From positions 19,220,001 to 19,284,000 of the forward strand of contig CM022671.1 of the NCBI GenBank assembly GCA_012295275.1: DNA of 64,000 bases, in the 5' to 3' direction. The stretch comes from Chrysomallon squamiferum. Its lineage: Eukaryota > Animalia > Mollusca. The notes under the pieces were generated by a model, which saw only the letters and a list, made by a program, of their open reading frames with translations, was not told where the DNA came from and did not search any database. Shown here piece by piece: positions 1 through 13,117 of this stretch; position 1 is the stretch's first letter; the number at the start of each line of letters is the position of its first letter. Position numbers and translations under genes: made by a program.

Positions 1-1108
1 TTTATTATGTGCAGTATATTAATAAAATAATAATAATAAATATTAAAAAGTATTAAAATCAATAAATAAAAAAGATATTTGTTATTCCTTCAGTAGAAAT
101 ATTTAAACATAACAGACTGTGTTCAAATAACATTTTATATCTACAAGTATTTCATAAAATTAGGTTTTCACATTTTTAGAATGGTTTATTATCATAAGAA
201 CAAATAAAAAAAAAAAAAATAACAGAAACAAAAAAAAAGCATTTCCAAGACATACTTTTATTTTTCACCTTCATTTTTTTCAATGTAGCATTTGGTATAT
301 TTTTACTTTTTTTAACCTTAGTTATATATAGTTCATTTCCAGATTATCAAAATTATTTAATTCATGCCTACAAAGTAAATAATAAAAGAAATAAGTAAAT
401 AAATAAATTTTATCTTTTACTGACAATTTGAAAAGTTGCAGACTGATTAGATGTGGCTTCATTATTTTGTCTGTTTTTGTTACAAGTTTTAATGAGTTTT
501 TCCAAATCTGTTCTATATAACCTGCGTGCTCAGTTTGTCTTTCTAACTGTTAGCCAAGAAACCTGAATCTTGAGTTACACAGGAAGGAAAAAAACGAAAA
601 AGGGATATTTTTAACCTTGTGTTAAATAAAACAACAGTAGCATTCATTTGTTATGAATGTTGTTCTAGGTTGTTTTTTTTTTTTTTTTGGTTTTTTTTGG
701 TATTCTGTTCAGCTCAATGTATTTAAATGTATTTTCTTTTGTGAATGTTGTCTCTTTTCTGGATATTGTTTTTAAACAAAAATTTAAAAAATGTTAATAA
801 AATTCTCAGTAGTTAAATAATACATAATGTTTTAAATTGGTTCCCTTTCCAGAAAAAGATAATGAATTCTTCAAGTGTTTTGAAAATAAAATGTGTAAAG
901 CAATTACATGTTTTTCTTTGTCATGGTGCAAAAGAAAATTTTGGCTTATTTTTAGTTTTGAAATCTGTTTGCTTAGCCCATCATCATCTTTGTCATCATC
1001 ATTACCATCATTTTCATAATAATAATAATAAAGAAAATAAAATTATTTTAAAAAAATAAAAAAATATTAACATTATCTTAAATTTTTTTTTTTTTTTTTT
1101 TTCAACAG

Positions 1109-4100
1109 GTATCACTTTCACTCCTCGTGAGACAGGAGAGCACCTGGTCAATGTTTTCAGAAATGGAGATCACATTGCAAACAGCCCTTTCAAAATATTT
1201 GTTGGAGAGAGTGAGCTGGGAAATGCTAGCAAGGTCAAGGTCAGTGGGAAGGGCCTCAAAGAAGGAATGGCCAATGAAATCAATGAATTTACCGTGGACA
1301 CCAGAGAAGCAGGTAAGATAAATAAAAAATAAAAATAATACTGTTTTAGATATTTTAGGTCAATAAAATTTAATACATATTTTAGTGTATGGTTTTAAAC
1401 AAACATGTTTTATTTTGTATGTGATTTATGTTTTTAAAATTAAATTGAATTTGAAGTAAAATGAGTGACAGTCAGTTTTAGTTTATAGTAGGCTTTTTAT
1501 TCAGCCTCTAGTTAAGATGAAATGGTTCTTAGCATATAATATTTTGTAAGAAACCACTTTTTTTCATGTAAACCTATTTTTTTTTTTTAATTATAGAAAT
1601 CATGGGACAAATTATAGTTATAAGGAAGCTTCTTTTAATTATTTTTACATTGTCTTTTAATATTTAATTTTTTTAATTTATTTATTTTTATTTATTTATA
1701 TTTTTTGATATTAACCATATGAAATACATAGAACTTTGACACAATATATTTTTTTCTGCTGAGTATCACTGAATATTCCTTTATTCATTATAATTATATA
1801 ATTATATTGTTATTTTAATTGTATTGTATTATTTAATATAATTTCAGGATATGGTGGAATGAGTCTGTCTATTGAAGGCCCCAGCAAGGCAGACATAGAA
1901 TGTCATGACAACGAAGATGGCACCTGTCAAGTAACCTATAAACCTACTGAGCCAGGAACCTACATCATTAACATCAAATTTGCTGATGAGCATGTGCCTG
2001 GTGAGTAAACTCTAAATATTTATTGAAGTGAATAATATGCTTATGTGTTAAGTCCAAAAAAGGATCACTAAACAAATCCATCAAATCTAATTTTAAGTGA
2101 ACAAATATGATTTTTTGAGTGTAAAGTTTAACACGGAAACCCTCTTTTGACTGTTGAAAAATTGTATTTTACAGGCAGTCCATTTAGTGTCAAAGTCGGA
2201 GGGGAACCATCATCCAAGATAACAGAACGAATAACTCGCCACTCTGAGGCTGTTGGTGTCACAAGCATTGGCAGCCAGTGTGAACTGAGTTTGAAAATAC
2301 CTGGTATGTTTGTCTTATTGTTTAATTATATTTAGAATAGTATCCATTGTTAAAACTCCATTTCTTCTTAACTTTTGTCTGTCGGTCTAACAAATGTTTT
2401 TTTTTTTTTTTATGAACAGTTTAAATTAGTATTTTTAAGTAATTAACATAGTTCTTAAAACCAGTGATTTTCTTCTTCACTCTAATACTGTTATTAACTG
2501 ACATTATTTCTCAAAGGAACAAAAGATATAGCATGAAATTTGTTGTCACTGATCATATTATTTGCCTTAACTAATCACCAGATATTTGGAATATACTTCA
2601 TCAAAACTGAATCATTTACCTTTTTATATGGTTATTTTGCAAATATTTTCACTGAATAAAACTAATTTTGGCATTCATTTAGTGTTTTGAAAATGTGCAA
2701 CTTTTCAGAATTAAGACAAGCACTCTTTTTCAAATTTCTTAAACTCTTGCTCATGTGGTTTAACTGATTACATTAACCAACTTTTTTCTGAAATACTTAA
2801 AATAGATGACAAAACTACATGGAACTGAGAATACATATTTCACTATTTAGCTTATCTCTGGAATTTGGCAAATGTATGATAAATAAAAGCAACCAATTCC
2901 ACAGTTGGCAATATATTTGCATTAAACATCTTTGAAATGTGACCTGCCAATTTCATTAAAAATATTCTGGGATTTAGTTAAATATTGCTCTTTTTCTTGG
3001 GAAGGTTAACAAATTTGGAAATGATCTGTAAAATGTCTACCTTGATACAGGTAAAGTCTGTTCAGTGTTTCCTGACAGCTGGCATTTAGAGATTTCCCAG
3101 GTTCCATGTTTAAGAAAAGAAGTTTCGAGAGAGTTCGGTTGTTTGTATAGAACCTATATTATAATTAACTTGGAAACTGAATGACTGACTCATTCATAAC
3201 AGTTTGCAAATATTCCAACAAAAATACTCTGACCTTTTAATAATATTGCTGTTATGCATCAAGTGAATTTGAAAATGTGGATTTGTTGATGGCTGTTACA
3301 AGCTGGATAATTTGGCAGAATGTTCCATATGAAAGGTTGAAAAGTTTTACTCTTTTGTTTAATGACTATCTAATCATTGTGGGGCTTGAAAATAGGCAAA
3401 GTTGTCTGTGACAGGTGGATTTTTATGGATAAGTACAAAACTTTTATACAGAATTTTTATTTCTTTTAACTTTTCATCATGACCAAGGGTAAGCTATGAA
3501 GATTCTGATATATGTTGTTAATATACATTTATTTTAATTTTATTATTGCTTAGTTATTGGTCTGTTTATGATTGAGAATGATTATATTAGACTTAAGTCC
3601 AGATGTTTTAGACCATTTATTTTTTATTTTTTTATTTTGTGTATGTTTTATTACTGCTTGGTAATTGGTCTATGTCTGATTGTGAATGATTATGTATTTC
3701 AGAAATGAGTCAAGACATTTTAAATAGTTTATTATTATTATTAATTATTTTATATAAATGTATATCAGTTGTTATATTTACAGTAGAAACTTTGTAGGTG
3801 TGTGTTTGCATGCCAGTTAATTTTGTGCTGTTGATAAATATTTATCATTCACATACCATGTACTGGATTCTCGAAAACAGCACAGTGCTTTATCAGAGAA
3901 AATGTCAGAAACTTTTCCTTATTGCTGATGAAGCCCATCTGTTTCTTATTACCTAAATTAATGTTTCTTTAGGGTAATGCTGACTTTTGTAAGTGTTAGT
4001 TTGTGTTAGTTTTATTATACATCTTTTAAATATTTTTCTTTCAATTTATTTCCTTTTTTATTCAGTGCTGTCATTGCAGTTTACAATTCATTTATTGCCT

Positions 4101-7100
4101 GCCATGATATAAATGCATGTGAGATAGGCTTTTTTCTCTAACAAATAAGCATTTTCCGTATGCTTTCCTTTTTTTTCAGTTTTATTTATTTTGTATTTTT
4201 TGTAACTAGTAAACAATCAACTGCATGGCTGACATTTGTTTGTACATTTCTTTAATTTATAAAAATGTTTACTTTTTTATTCATGCAAATTTATTTTTTA
4301 TATTGGCATGAATTACTTTAAATGTTATTGTATACCATTCTAATGTTTCACATATTTAACGATCAAGTACAAATTTATTTAAACAATTTTAATGCACTGA
4401 AAGATAATACATCTCCTCCCCATATTACATTCATTATCATTTCTTAAAATGTGTAAAATATTTTCTAATTTGTTCTGTTTTTACTGTTACAACAACTAAT
4501 TTAGTCTTTTAAGGTTCTGAACATGCAGCTATAATTGTTACTTAAGTTGAAGGAAATGGTAATTTAGCTTCTTTCAGTTTCAAACAGATTGCTTGCATTG
4601 GTTTCTTGGATTTGCACAAAGCATCTGTAAACAAATTAATGTTATTTTTGTTACATGTGAATAAATAACTCCTTTCTGTCTTGTGTTGATAATGTAAGAA
4701 AAAAAATGCCCCACTTTTAAGATTCTGAATATAAGTCTTTCATATACCACTCATTGTAGATGCTAAATTAAAAGGTGCCTTTGATGATAAGAGAAAGTAT
4801 TTTTTAAATCTTTTTTAAGTTTACAACATCTTGTTTATGAATTATTAAAGTTTTCTGTTAGATGATGTGATAAGGAAAGAAATATGACTTGTAAAAGACA
4901 GGTGTATCAGATATTATGAAACAGTATATTAATTTTAGACAACATGATGAAAGTTAATCAGATGAAAACAAGTTCTTATTACCATAATCTAAAATATAAA
5001 GAAATTTTTGTTGTTGTTTTTTTAAAACTATTTTTTTATTGATATTCTGTGATAAAACAATGAACTGCTCTGTCACAAACAAAAAATATGCTATTTATAG
5101 TAGACTGTTACAGGAGTATTATAAAGGACAATAAATTATTTATGTATTTATTTATTATTTTTAAACATAAAACAAAAACGTAGAAATAGTTATAGAAAAT
5201 TGTTTTATGTGTGTGTACTAATAAAAATGTTATAAAGTTTTTCTTCTCATTTTTTCAAAGTAAATGTTCATTAACATTCTGCTGCTGTAAAATGTTTAAT
5301 TATCTCATAGCATTTATTTTTTGAAAAGAATCAAAATGTTCAATTATAGAAAATAAAATTTATTTCAGGGACAAGTCCATTTGACTTGACTGCCTCTGTC
5401 ACCAGTCCTCAAGGTGTCACTGAGCTGTGTGATGTCATGTCACTTGATGATTGTCACTACAGCATTAAGTTTGTTCCCAAGGAGATGGGTGTTCACACTG
5501 TCAGTGTCAAACACAAGGACGCCCATATTCCTGGCAGCCCATTTGAGTTCACGGTGGGGCCCATAATGGGAGGTGGATCTCACAAAGTCCGAGCAGCAGG
5601 CCCTGGTCTTCTCAGAGGAGAAATTAAACAACCATGTGAGTTTCACAATGAAAAATAGAAATTTTATGTTTCCACATGTTGCCGTAATGTTCATAATCGT
5701 TAAGTATTTGTTACTTATCTTTTTTGTATGACATTTTTATGAGTTAAATTTAACTGTGTGAGTTTCAGAACAAAATACAGAAATTTTATGTTTCCTCATT
5801 TTGAAGTTCCCATTTAGAAAAGTTAGACATTTTTGTCATCTTTTTGTGAAATACCTTTTTTATATGTCATTGTTCTGTGAGAAATTAAACATGAGATATT
5901 TTTTATTTCCACATTATCAAATACTCAGAAATATTTGTATCGATATCCTGCAATGCATTAAATGCATCACAAGTTGAACAGACCTGGCTTGTTTTACTGT
6001 TTCAAATGCTATTGGCACCATTAATTACAAAAAATATATATTATAGGGGGAAATTAGTTTGGCCTTTCTTAATTCAGTGTAATTAGCAAATAATATTAGT
6101 TATTTATACTGAAAGCAAGAACAAAGAAATTCTACATTTCACATTTTGTAATCAAATCTCACAGAAGAAAATTAAATACAGATTGTTTTCAGTGTTAGTT
6201 TCCTTTAGTTATTGTTCCAGAAAGACAGCAAAAACATTCCACTTTTGTGAAAATAATTATTATTTAAATTCTTGGAATGTTGCAAATCATTATTTTGTTA
6301 TAGGTTTTAACATTTGTTATGTAAGATAGTCCAAGATATTTACTGCTGTTTGTAGGTGACTTCAATATTTACACCCGTGAAGCTGGAGCTGGTGGTCTGT
6401 CTATTGCTGTGGAGGGACCGTCTAAAGCTGAAATTGACTTCCAGGACCGCAAAGATGGCTCTTGTGGTGTCACATATGTAGTTACTGAACCAGGTATCTT
6501 GTGCAGGACTTTTTCTTTTGTTTTGTATATTTGTGTTTATGAATTCATCAGTGGGGTTTGTGTGCATCTGTCAGTCTTGATTGCGAGAGAATGAAGAGAA
6601 TAGGGTGTACTTGTTTAGGTGGATGCAGAAATGTGAAATTTGCTGTATATATATTTTTGATTTCTTATTTTGGTTTGTTTACTTGAATATTTAAATATCC
6701 AAAACAATTTATGTGTTTTTACAATAGTCTGATGAAATATAGATCAAATAATTTGATGGGTAATCATTTACCTTCCAGCTATATCACTGAATCTGATTTG
6801 TACCTCTAAAATAAGTCTTCTGTGAAATATAAAAATATGAAAATGTCATTTACTTCCTTGGATTTGTCACTAAAAACATGTGATATATTTATGTGTTTTC
6901 ATTATATATTATTTGTCTTTTTAAAGGTGAATATCTTGTGTCTGTGAAGTTCAATGATGAACACATACCTGATTCTCCATTCTCTGTTCCAATCTCTCCC
7001 AGTATTGGAGATGCTAGAAAACTGTCTATAGCCTCCTTCCAGGACAGGGGTTTACAAGTAAGTTGTACTGAGCATTTTTTGCAGTATTAAATCCTATTAT

Positions 7101-9907
7101 TTATATTTGTTTTGAAATCCAGATCATGAATTGTTGAATTTAAACAAAATAATTTTTTGTTTCTGAATGTTTGGTTAATTCAAATTTTTGATATTGCAAA
7201 CTGATGACTTCTGTATTTTTCATTCATAATTTCTTTATTTTTCTTTTCCAAGTAAAACTGGTAATTAAATTTTATGTGGACTGTCAAATCGTAAGTAAAA
7301 ACATTTATGATTTGGGATATGTAGAAAATGTATTACATTTTATATGTTGTCTATTAATCATTTGTTAGTTTTTAATTGTTTGTATTTATTGTGATTATTA
7401 GGTTGGAAAACCTGCTGCATTCTTAGTCAACTTCAATGGAGCTCAAAAAGGAAAACTGTCTGCAACTGTGGTGGCACCATCAGGTTCAGTTGATGAAGCA
7501 ATAATTCAAGACATTGATGATGGTCAGTATACAAAGAAAAAAAATCACGTTTTAAATTCTCATTAATTTGGTCTACATTATGTTCTGTAAATAATTCTAG
7601 ACAAAATAATAGTAAAATAATTTCTATATTTTTTTGCTGAGTTGTATATATATATTAAAAGATCTTATATTTGCTAACAAAACAAAATTAATTTTTTCTT
7701 TCATGAATTAAAACTTAATTTTTTCATGTCATTCTTATTGAAATACATATAATATTCACTATTTCAACAATAACTAAGCGCGAATTTATTTAGCTAAGCT
7801 TTTATATTAACAGGAGAATATGCTGTGAGGTTTATTCCAAGAGAAAATGGTCCCCACATGGTGAATGTTCTTCTGAATGGCTATCACATACCTGACAGTC
7901 CTTTCAGAGTTCTTGTTGGCAAAGTGGATGCTGATCCAGGACGAGTGTCAGCTCATGGTGATGGATTAAAAACAGGAAAAACTGGTAAAAATCAATTCCT
8001 GGTTTTATATTTATTTTTTTATTAAGAAATATACCATTTCTTACATTTTACTTACAATTCAAGTGTTTTCAGTGGTAAAATATTTAATAATTCCTAAACA
8101 GACTTAACTGAGATTATGTAGGAACTGGGTTGCACTTTAAAGAGTCAAGTTACTTTTGACAAGATTATGACTTTATCGAGCAAAATAAATCATGACAAGT
8201 ACCCTGTGAATTAAACCTGATATCCAGTATTCAGTTAAAGTATCACAGATATATTTAGTTTTCATCTTGTATATATATATATATATACCCTGAAAAGAAA
8301 GACCCAAACATGTATTAATTAACAATAAACAACATATAAGAAATGAAAAAGAAATAATTAAAGAAATTATTTTTTCAGGCCAAGTTTCAAAATTCTTTGT
8401 AAACACTGTGAATGCTGGAGCTGGTGCTCTTGCTGTAACAGTGGAAGGACCATCTAAAGTGAGACTGGAATGCAAGGAATCTAATGAAGGCTATGAATTT
8501 ACATACACCCCAACCGCACCTGGAGACTACCTGGTAACCATCAAATATGCAGGAGTCCACATTGCTGGCAGTCCATTCAAGGCCAAAGTGGAAGGTAAGG
8601 AATTAAAAATTTGCAATACATGTTTCTGAAAATAAGAAGTGTAAGACGAATAAGAAAAAAACATTTTATTACTTATGTTTTAAAAATATTAAAACAAAAT
8701 CCATCCAACTCAAAAATGGTAATTCAAAATTACATGTAAAGCTTCCTGTCAAATGTCTGATGTATATTTAAAATATTAATCATGGAGGAAAAAAAGTATT
8801 TCCTGTTTCAATTCAAATAACTAGTATTATTACATATGTTGAAATGGTTTTAAACAAATCTTTAAAAAAAAAGTAATTTTAGTTAAATTGCTTTCTGTAA
8901 TTATTACTGTTTATGAGATGTTTGTTTCTTTAATTATGTTTATAAAAGATTTTGTGGTCATATATTATGTTTTGAAAGTTATTGGGTTTTTTCATTTGGT
9001 TTTGTTTGTTGTTTTGTTTTTTGATATAAGAATTGTTAATACTTTTAAATGATTTATATTTTGGTTTCATTTTGCAGGTGATGGAAAAGCCTCTGCCGTG
9101 CAGGAACATGCTTCTGTCGTTGTAGAAACCGTCACCAAGACAAGTGTTATGACAAAGTTCAGTGGAATTCAGAGGTTCCAGTCAGATGCTAGTAATGTCA
9201 CTTGCCAAGGAAATGGTTTAAAGAAAGCCTTCCGAGGGAAACAGTCGACATTCACTGTGGACACTACAGGAGCTGGTAAGAACCTAAAAGCTTTTTATCT
9301 CTTTATTTTTTTACTCTTAATTTCTTTTTTCAAGACAAACTATTTTATATATTCTGTTAAATAAAAATAAAAATTTTATAGCTAACTAGAGAAATGTTTT
9401 AATTCTTGATGATTAGTGTGTAAGGATTATTAATAAATCTCTGTAAAATTACTTTGAAACAAACTTCCAAAATGTTTTCCATTATTACTGTTACTGTATG
9501 CATATGTGCTTACATACAGTTGTACTTAGTTCAGATAAAGATCTTACAGTGTAATATTTATTACCAATAAGTCAAATAGCATTATACGAACCCAGAAGTT
9601 GTATAGCTGTTTTTCACTGAACATGACCATTACAAAAAAAATTGTGTTTGACCAAATATGGTTTATGATGGTCATATACATATATTAATTACGTAAATAT
9701 CCTTTTCTCCATTCTCAAGGCAACAATATCTTGTATGTTGGTATGATGGGACCGAAGGGACCTTGTGAAGAACTAATTGTCAAACATCAAGGCAATAACC
9801 AGTACACTGTTGTCTACATGGTCAAGGAGCGTGGTAACTACATGCTGATAGTTCGCTGGGGAGATGAACACATCCCTGGCAGTCCATTCTGTGTAGAAGT
9901 CCAGTAA
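1109..9907 (+). CDS. FLN: Filamin, C-terminal part (Ig repeats ~18-24); 5' part lies upstream of the window
   Basis: 11 GT-AG exons splice in frame: 1109-1312, 1848-2000, 2175-2303, 5369-5635, 6356-6493, 6927-7057, 7402-7522, 7814-7984, 8379-8594, 9078-9275, 9720-9907 (TAA). Repeated filamin motifs ([46 protein letters not shown]) and the terminal repeat ending [18 protein letters not shown]. Confidence 0.97.
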
Positions 9908-11359
9908 GCAGTTGAAAACAAAATGGACAAACAAATTTTTTGAAATTGTCTTGGAGGATTTGTGTCAGAAATGTAAAATTTGTGGAATATGTATGTTGCA
10001 GATAAAACTTGCAAAATGATATGAAACAGGAACTATGCTAATGGCACAAACAAAGAACAAATATTAATATATCTCTACAAAAGGTGCTTTTTTTCTCTTA
10101 ATAACTTAAAGCTGTTTTCAGTTATTACATTTTGATAATATTTTTAACTTGAGACATTTGAGCTTTGGACAAAATTGTTATATCATTGAATCTTTATGAA
10201 CGTTAATAAATTATTAAAAACCATTTTAATAATTATGGATTTTCTTCTATTTTGGAAAATAAATTTAAAAAATCAAATGTACAGCCAGGTATTTAAATAT
10301 AGAACTGGTGTTTTTATTGTAGTGAAAAATTTATTTATGCAAATTGTACTTTTTATAAAGCTTTGTATTTACAAATGTATGCAATTTAAAAAAAAAAATT
10401 TAATTCTTTTGGAAATAGATCTGTTTATATTCTTTGGTGGTTTTTTTCTTTGTCTATATAATATATTGTTACTGGATTGTTTAAGGAACAGGGTGAATTG
10501 TCTTGTCATGTGTTTTATTTTTGTTTTCTTTAAATATACCTGTAACTGTTTGTTTTTCTGGGGTTTTTTGTATTTAAAAAAAAAAAAAAATTAAATTGCC
10601 CATGCCCATGATGTGAATTTTGTATTTGTTTACTTTTCTATAACAAGTGTTACAGTTTGATAGTTCTTTTGTGTTATTTTTAAATTCTGCATAATTCTTT
10701 TTTGCAAAAAATAAAAATAAAAGACAAAAATGAGCCTCTGAACTAAAAACATTGGCTGTACCATGACATAATTTATGAAAACAAATGTATGATCTACTTT
10801 TGAGTCTTCTTTGAGTTGTTTAACAAACAAATTTGTCTTTATGGTTCTTTCTTTTAGTTTAGTTAATATTTTCATGGGTTAGGGACATCATAATCACAGG
10901 TGAACCAAATGTTTTTATTGTATCAGAGTTGTAACATTTTTATGAACAGTTGCTTAATTTATTCCTGTGTCTCAGCTAGTTTATATTGTTGTGTGTGCAA
11001 AAAAAGATTTATATCTACATGTTTATGCTAATTTTGTAAAATGTGATATATTTGAAAAAGCTTTGCTATTTCAAAAACCAACCCAAACATGTTCTGTGTG
11101 CATCCCACCCACACCTACTTGAATTCTATACACCTTGTGTATCATATATACTTTGAACAGTAGTCATAGCAGTACAATAATAGTGTTAGCAATATCTTAA
11201 TATATATATATTTAACCTATATGTATATATGTTGAGCAGTCCTATAAAGTCATGTTCTAGACAAAATAAGTGCTCAAACATAAAAAAAAAGTGCTTAATG
11301 CCAGAAAGTTGCCATCATTGTTACATTTCATGTTTACATTTGCTGCAGCATATATATAA

Positions 11360-11395
11360 AAATAAAATATTGTAGGCTACATTTTTACCAATAAA
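11360..11395 (+). promoter_or_regulatory. Candidate polyadenylation signals of the filamin 3' UTR
   Basis: AATAAA hexamers near 11361 and 11390, followed by a GT/T-rich tract, ~1.5 kb after the stop. AATAAA is common in this AT-rich DNA. Confidence 0.35.
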
Positions 11396-13117
11396 CTTGT
11401 TCATTATCAACCACTTTGTGTGACTTTGTTTAGAAATTAATTAGTTACTAATAATTAGTCAATTAAAAGATGAATTTTTTATTAATATCCTTGGGGAGGT
11501 AAAGAATGTAGGTTTTAAAAATATTTTGCAATTGTATACTGTTTAAAAAAAAAAGCCTGAATTCTAGATCACAATATATTAATTCTTTAGCATTTGGTTA
11601 ATATAATAGTTTACAATTTGCTAGCACATTCAGAACTACCTGTATGTCACAGAGGTTGATCTGAATATCACCCAAACCGATAAGCCAGATTAATCGGTCA
11701 CATAATCACAATATTTTATCACAGCTAATGCAAAGAAGTAAAAATAATGATGGATACTGAACTGTTTAGAAATGGAACAAAACCAAACATGCCACTTACA
11801 ATAGCTAAATACTTAATTCCACATTTCAGCCTGAGCCATGAAGCTCATGAATGGGTTTTAAGATAAAAAATATTTTTATTTGTGTGACAAGAAAAAAAAA
11901 GTACCATTGTTATTCCATGGCTCTCATCCTGGAGACAGGAATCCATACAGCATGGTTTCTAGTAAACCAATTGTGAGCCAATCTGTTCCCTGAAGAATGT
12001 TGATCTTAGAACCAAACATACCAACTTAAACTACAATCTAATCCTTTATATTATGTAGTTTTTGAGTTAGTTACGTTAAGCTGCCAACAACAACAAAAAA
12101 CCTGTTTAGTATAACCTTTTCAAGAATTTATTTGTTTTAGGTGTCCAGGACAATCCCAGAATGTTGTATAATTATTTATTTTCAGTATAAAGAGACATCA
12201 AGTTTATATAACACAATTTAAGATATACAACTGTATTCACTCACCTATTAGCGAAACATTTAAAGGTGGTAAAGAATACAAAAGCAGGAATCATAATGAA
12301 CTGATAAATATGGGTAGAAATAGCACATAATCTAAACTTGTTAAAGGCCTTAATAACTGAAGAATCTGAACCAAGGACATTTCAGACAATTTTTATTAAA
12401 AATGTACATTGCTTAACATATGTTGTAAATTTAAATATAATAATCTTAGAAAAATGAGAAGTGTGAAAATAAGAGAAAAGAATTTTTTTTTTTATTAAAG
12501 AAGTGAAAATGTTTGAAAACATCTAGCTGTGGAAAGTCATTAAATTTAGTGTTTTATATCTGTATAAAAATTTAGTATTTCATATGGAAGAAATACGATT
12601 TAGAATGTTTTGTAATTAAAATCCAGTTTATAAAACATCCAGTTCTCTGGCTGTTTTGGTGTCAATGTATCAAAGCAATACAAAATATACATTACAGATA
12701 TGTAATAGTTAATAAACAGAGTTTAAACATGATCAAAATATGCAGATGTGGAGATCTTGTTTCTGTTCATATCAATTATTTCTAAAACAACTTCACCACA
12801 TTTTAATCTAAGTTCTGTATGTCATAGGAACCCTTCAAAAAATCTTTACATAAAACCACTTCCAAAAGTCAAGTTATGTGCACATATTTAAATGGTTTTG
12901 TCCAGTATTTGCATCACTAAATTGCTATTTATTAAATCATTCCAAGTCAGATGATAAGACCTCCTTTACTTGTAGGTCAGGGATCATATTAGTTCATTTA
13001 TCAGCAACCCGAAGAATTAAAATGACATTCACTGATGTTTGCTTTTTACTCCATAACATTTTATTGCATATACAAAGCTGGTGTTTATTTTCTTAATTCA
13101 AATCAGTTCTTCAGATA

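Noticed and set aside
6494-6502. GTATCTTG donor as a U12-type intron
   Set aside because: Does not match GTATCCTT, and no U12 branch site was seen.
10196-10875. 132-aa and 81-aa ORFs after the filamin stop
   Set aside because: F/L/I/K-biased AT-rich 3' UTR sequence.
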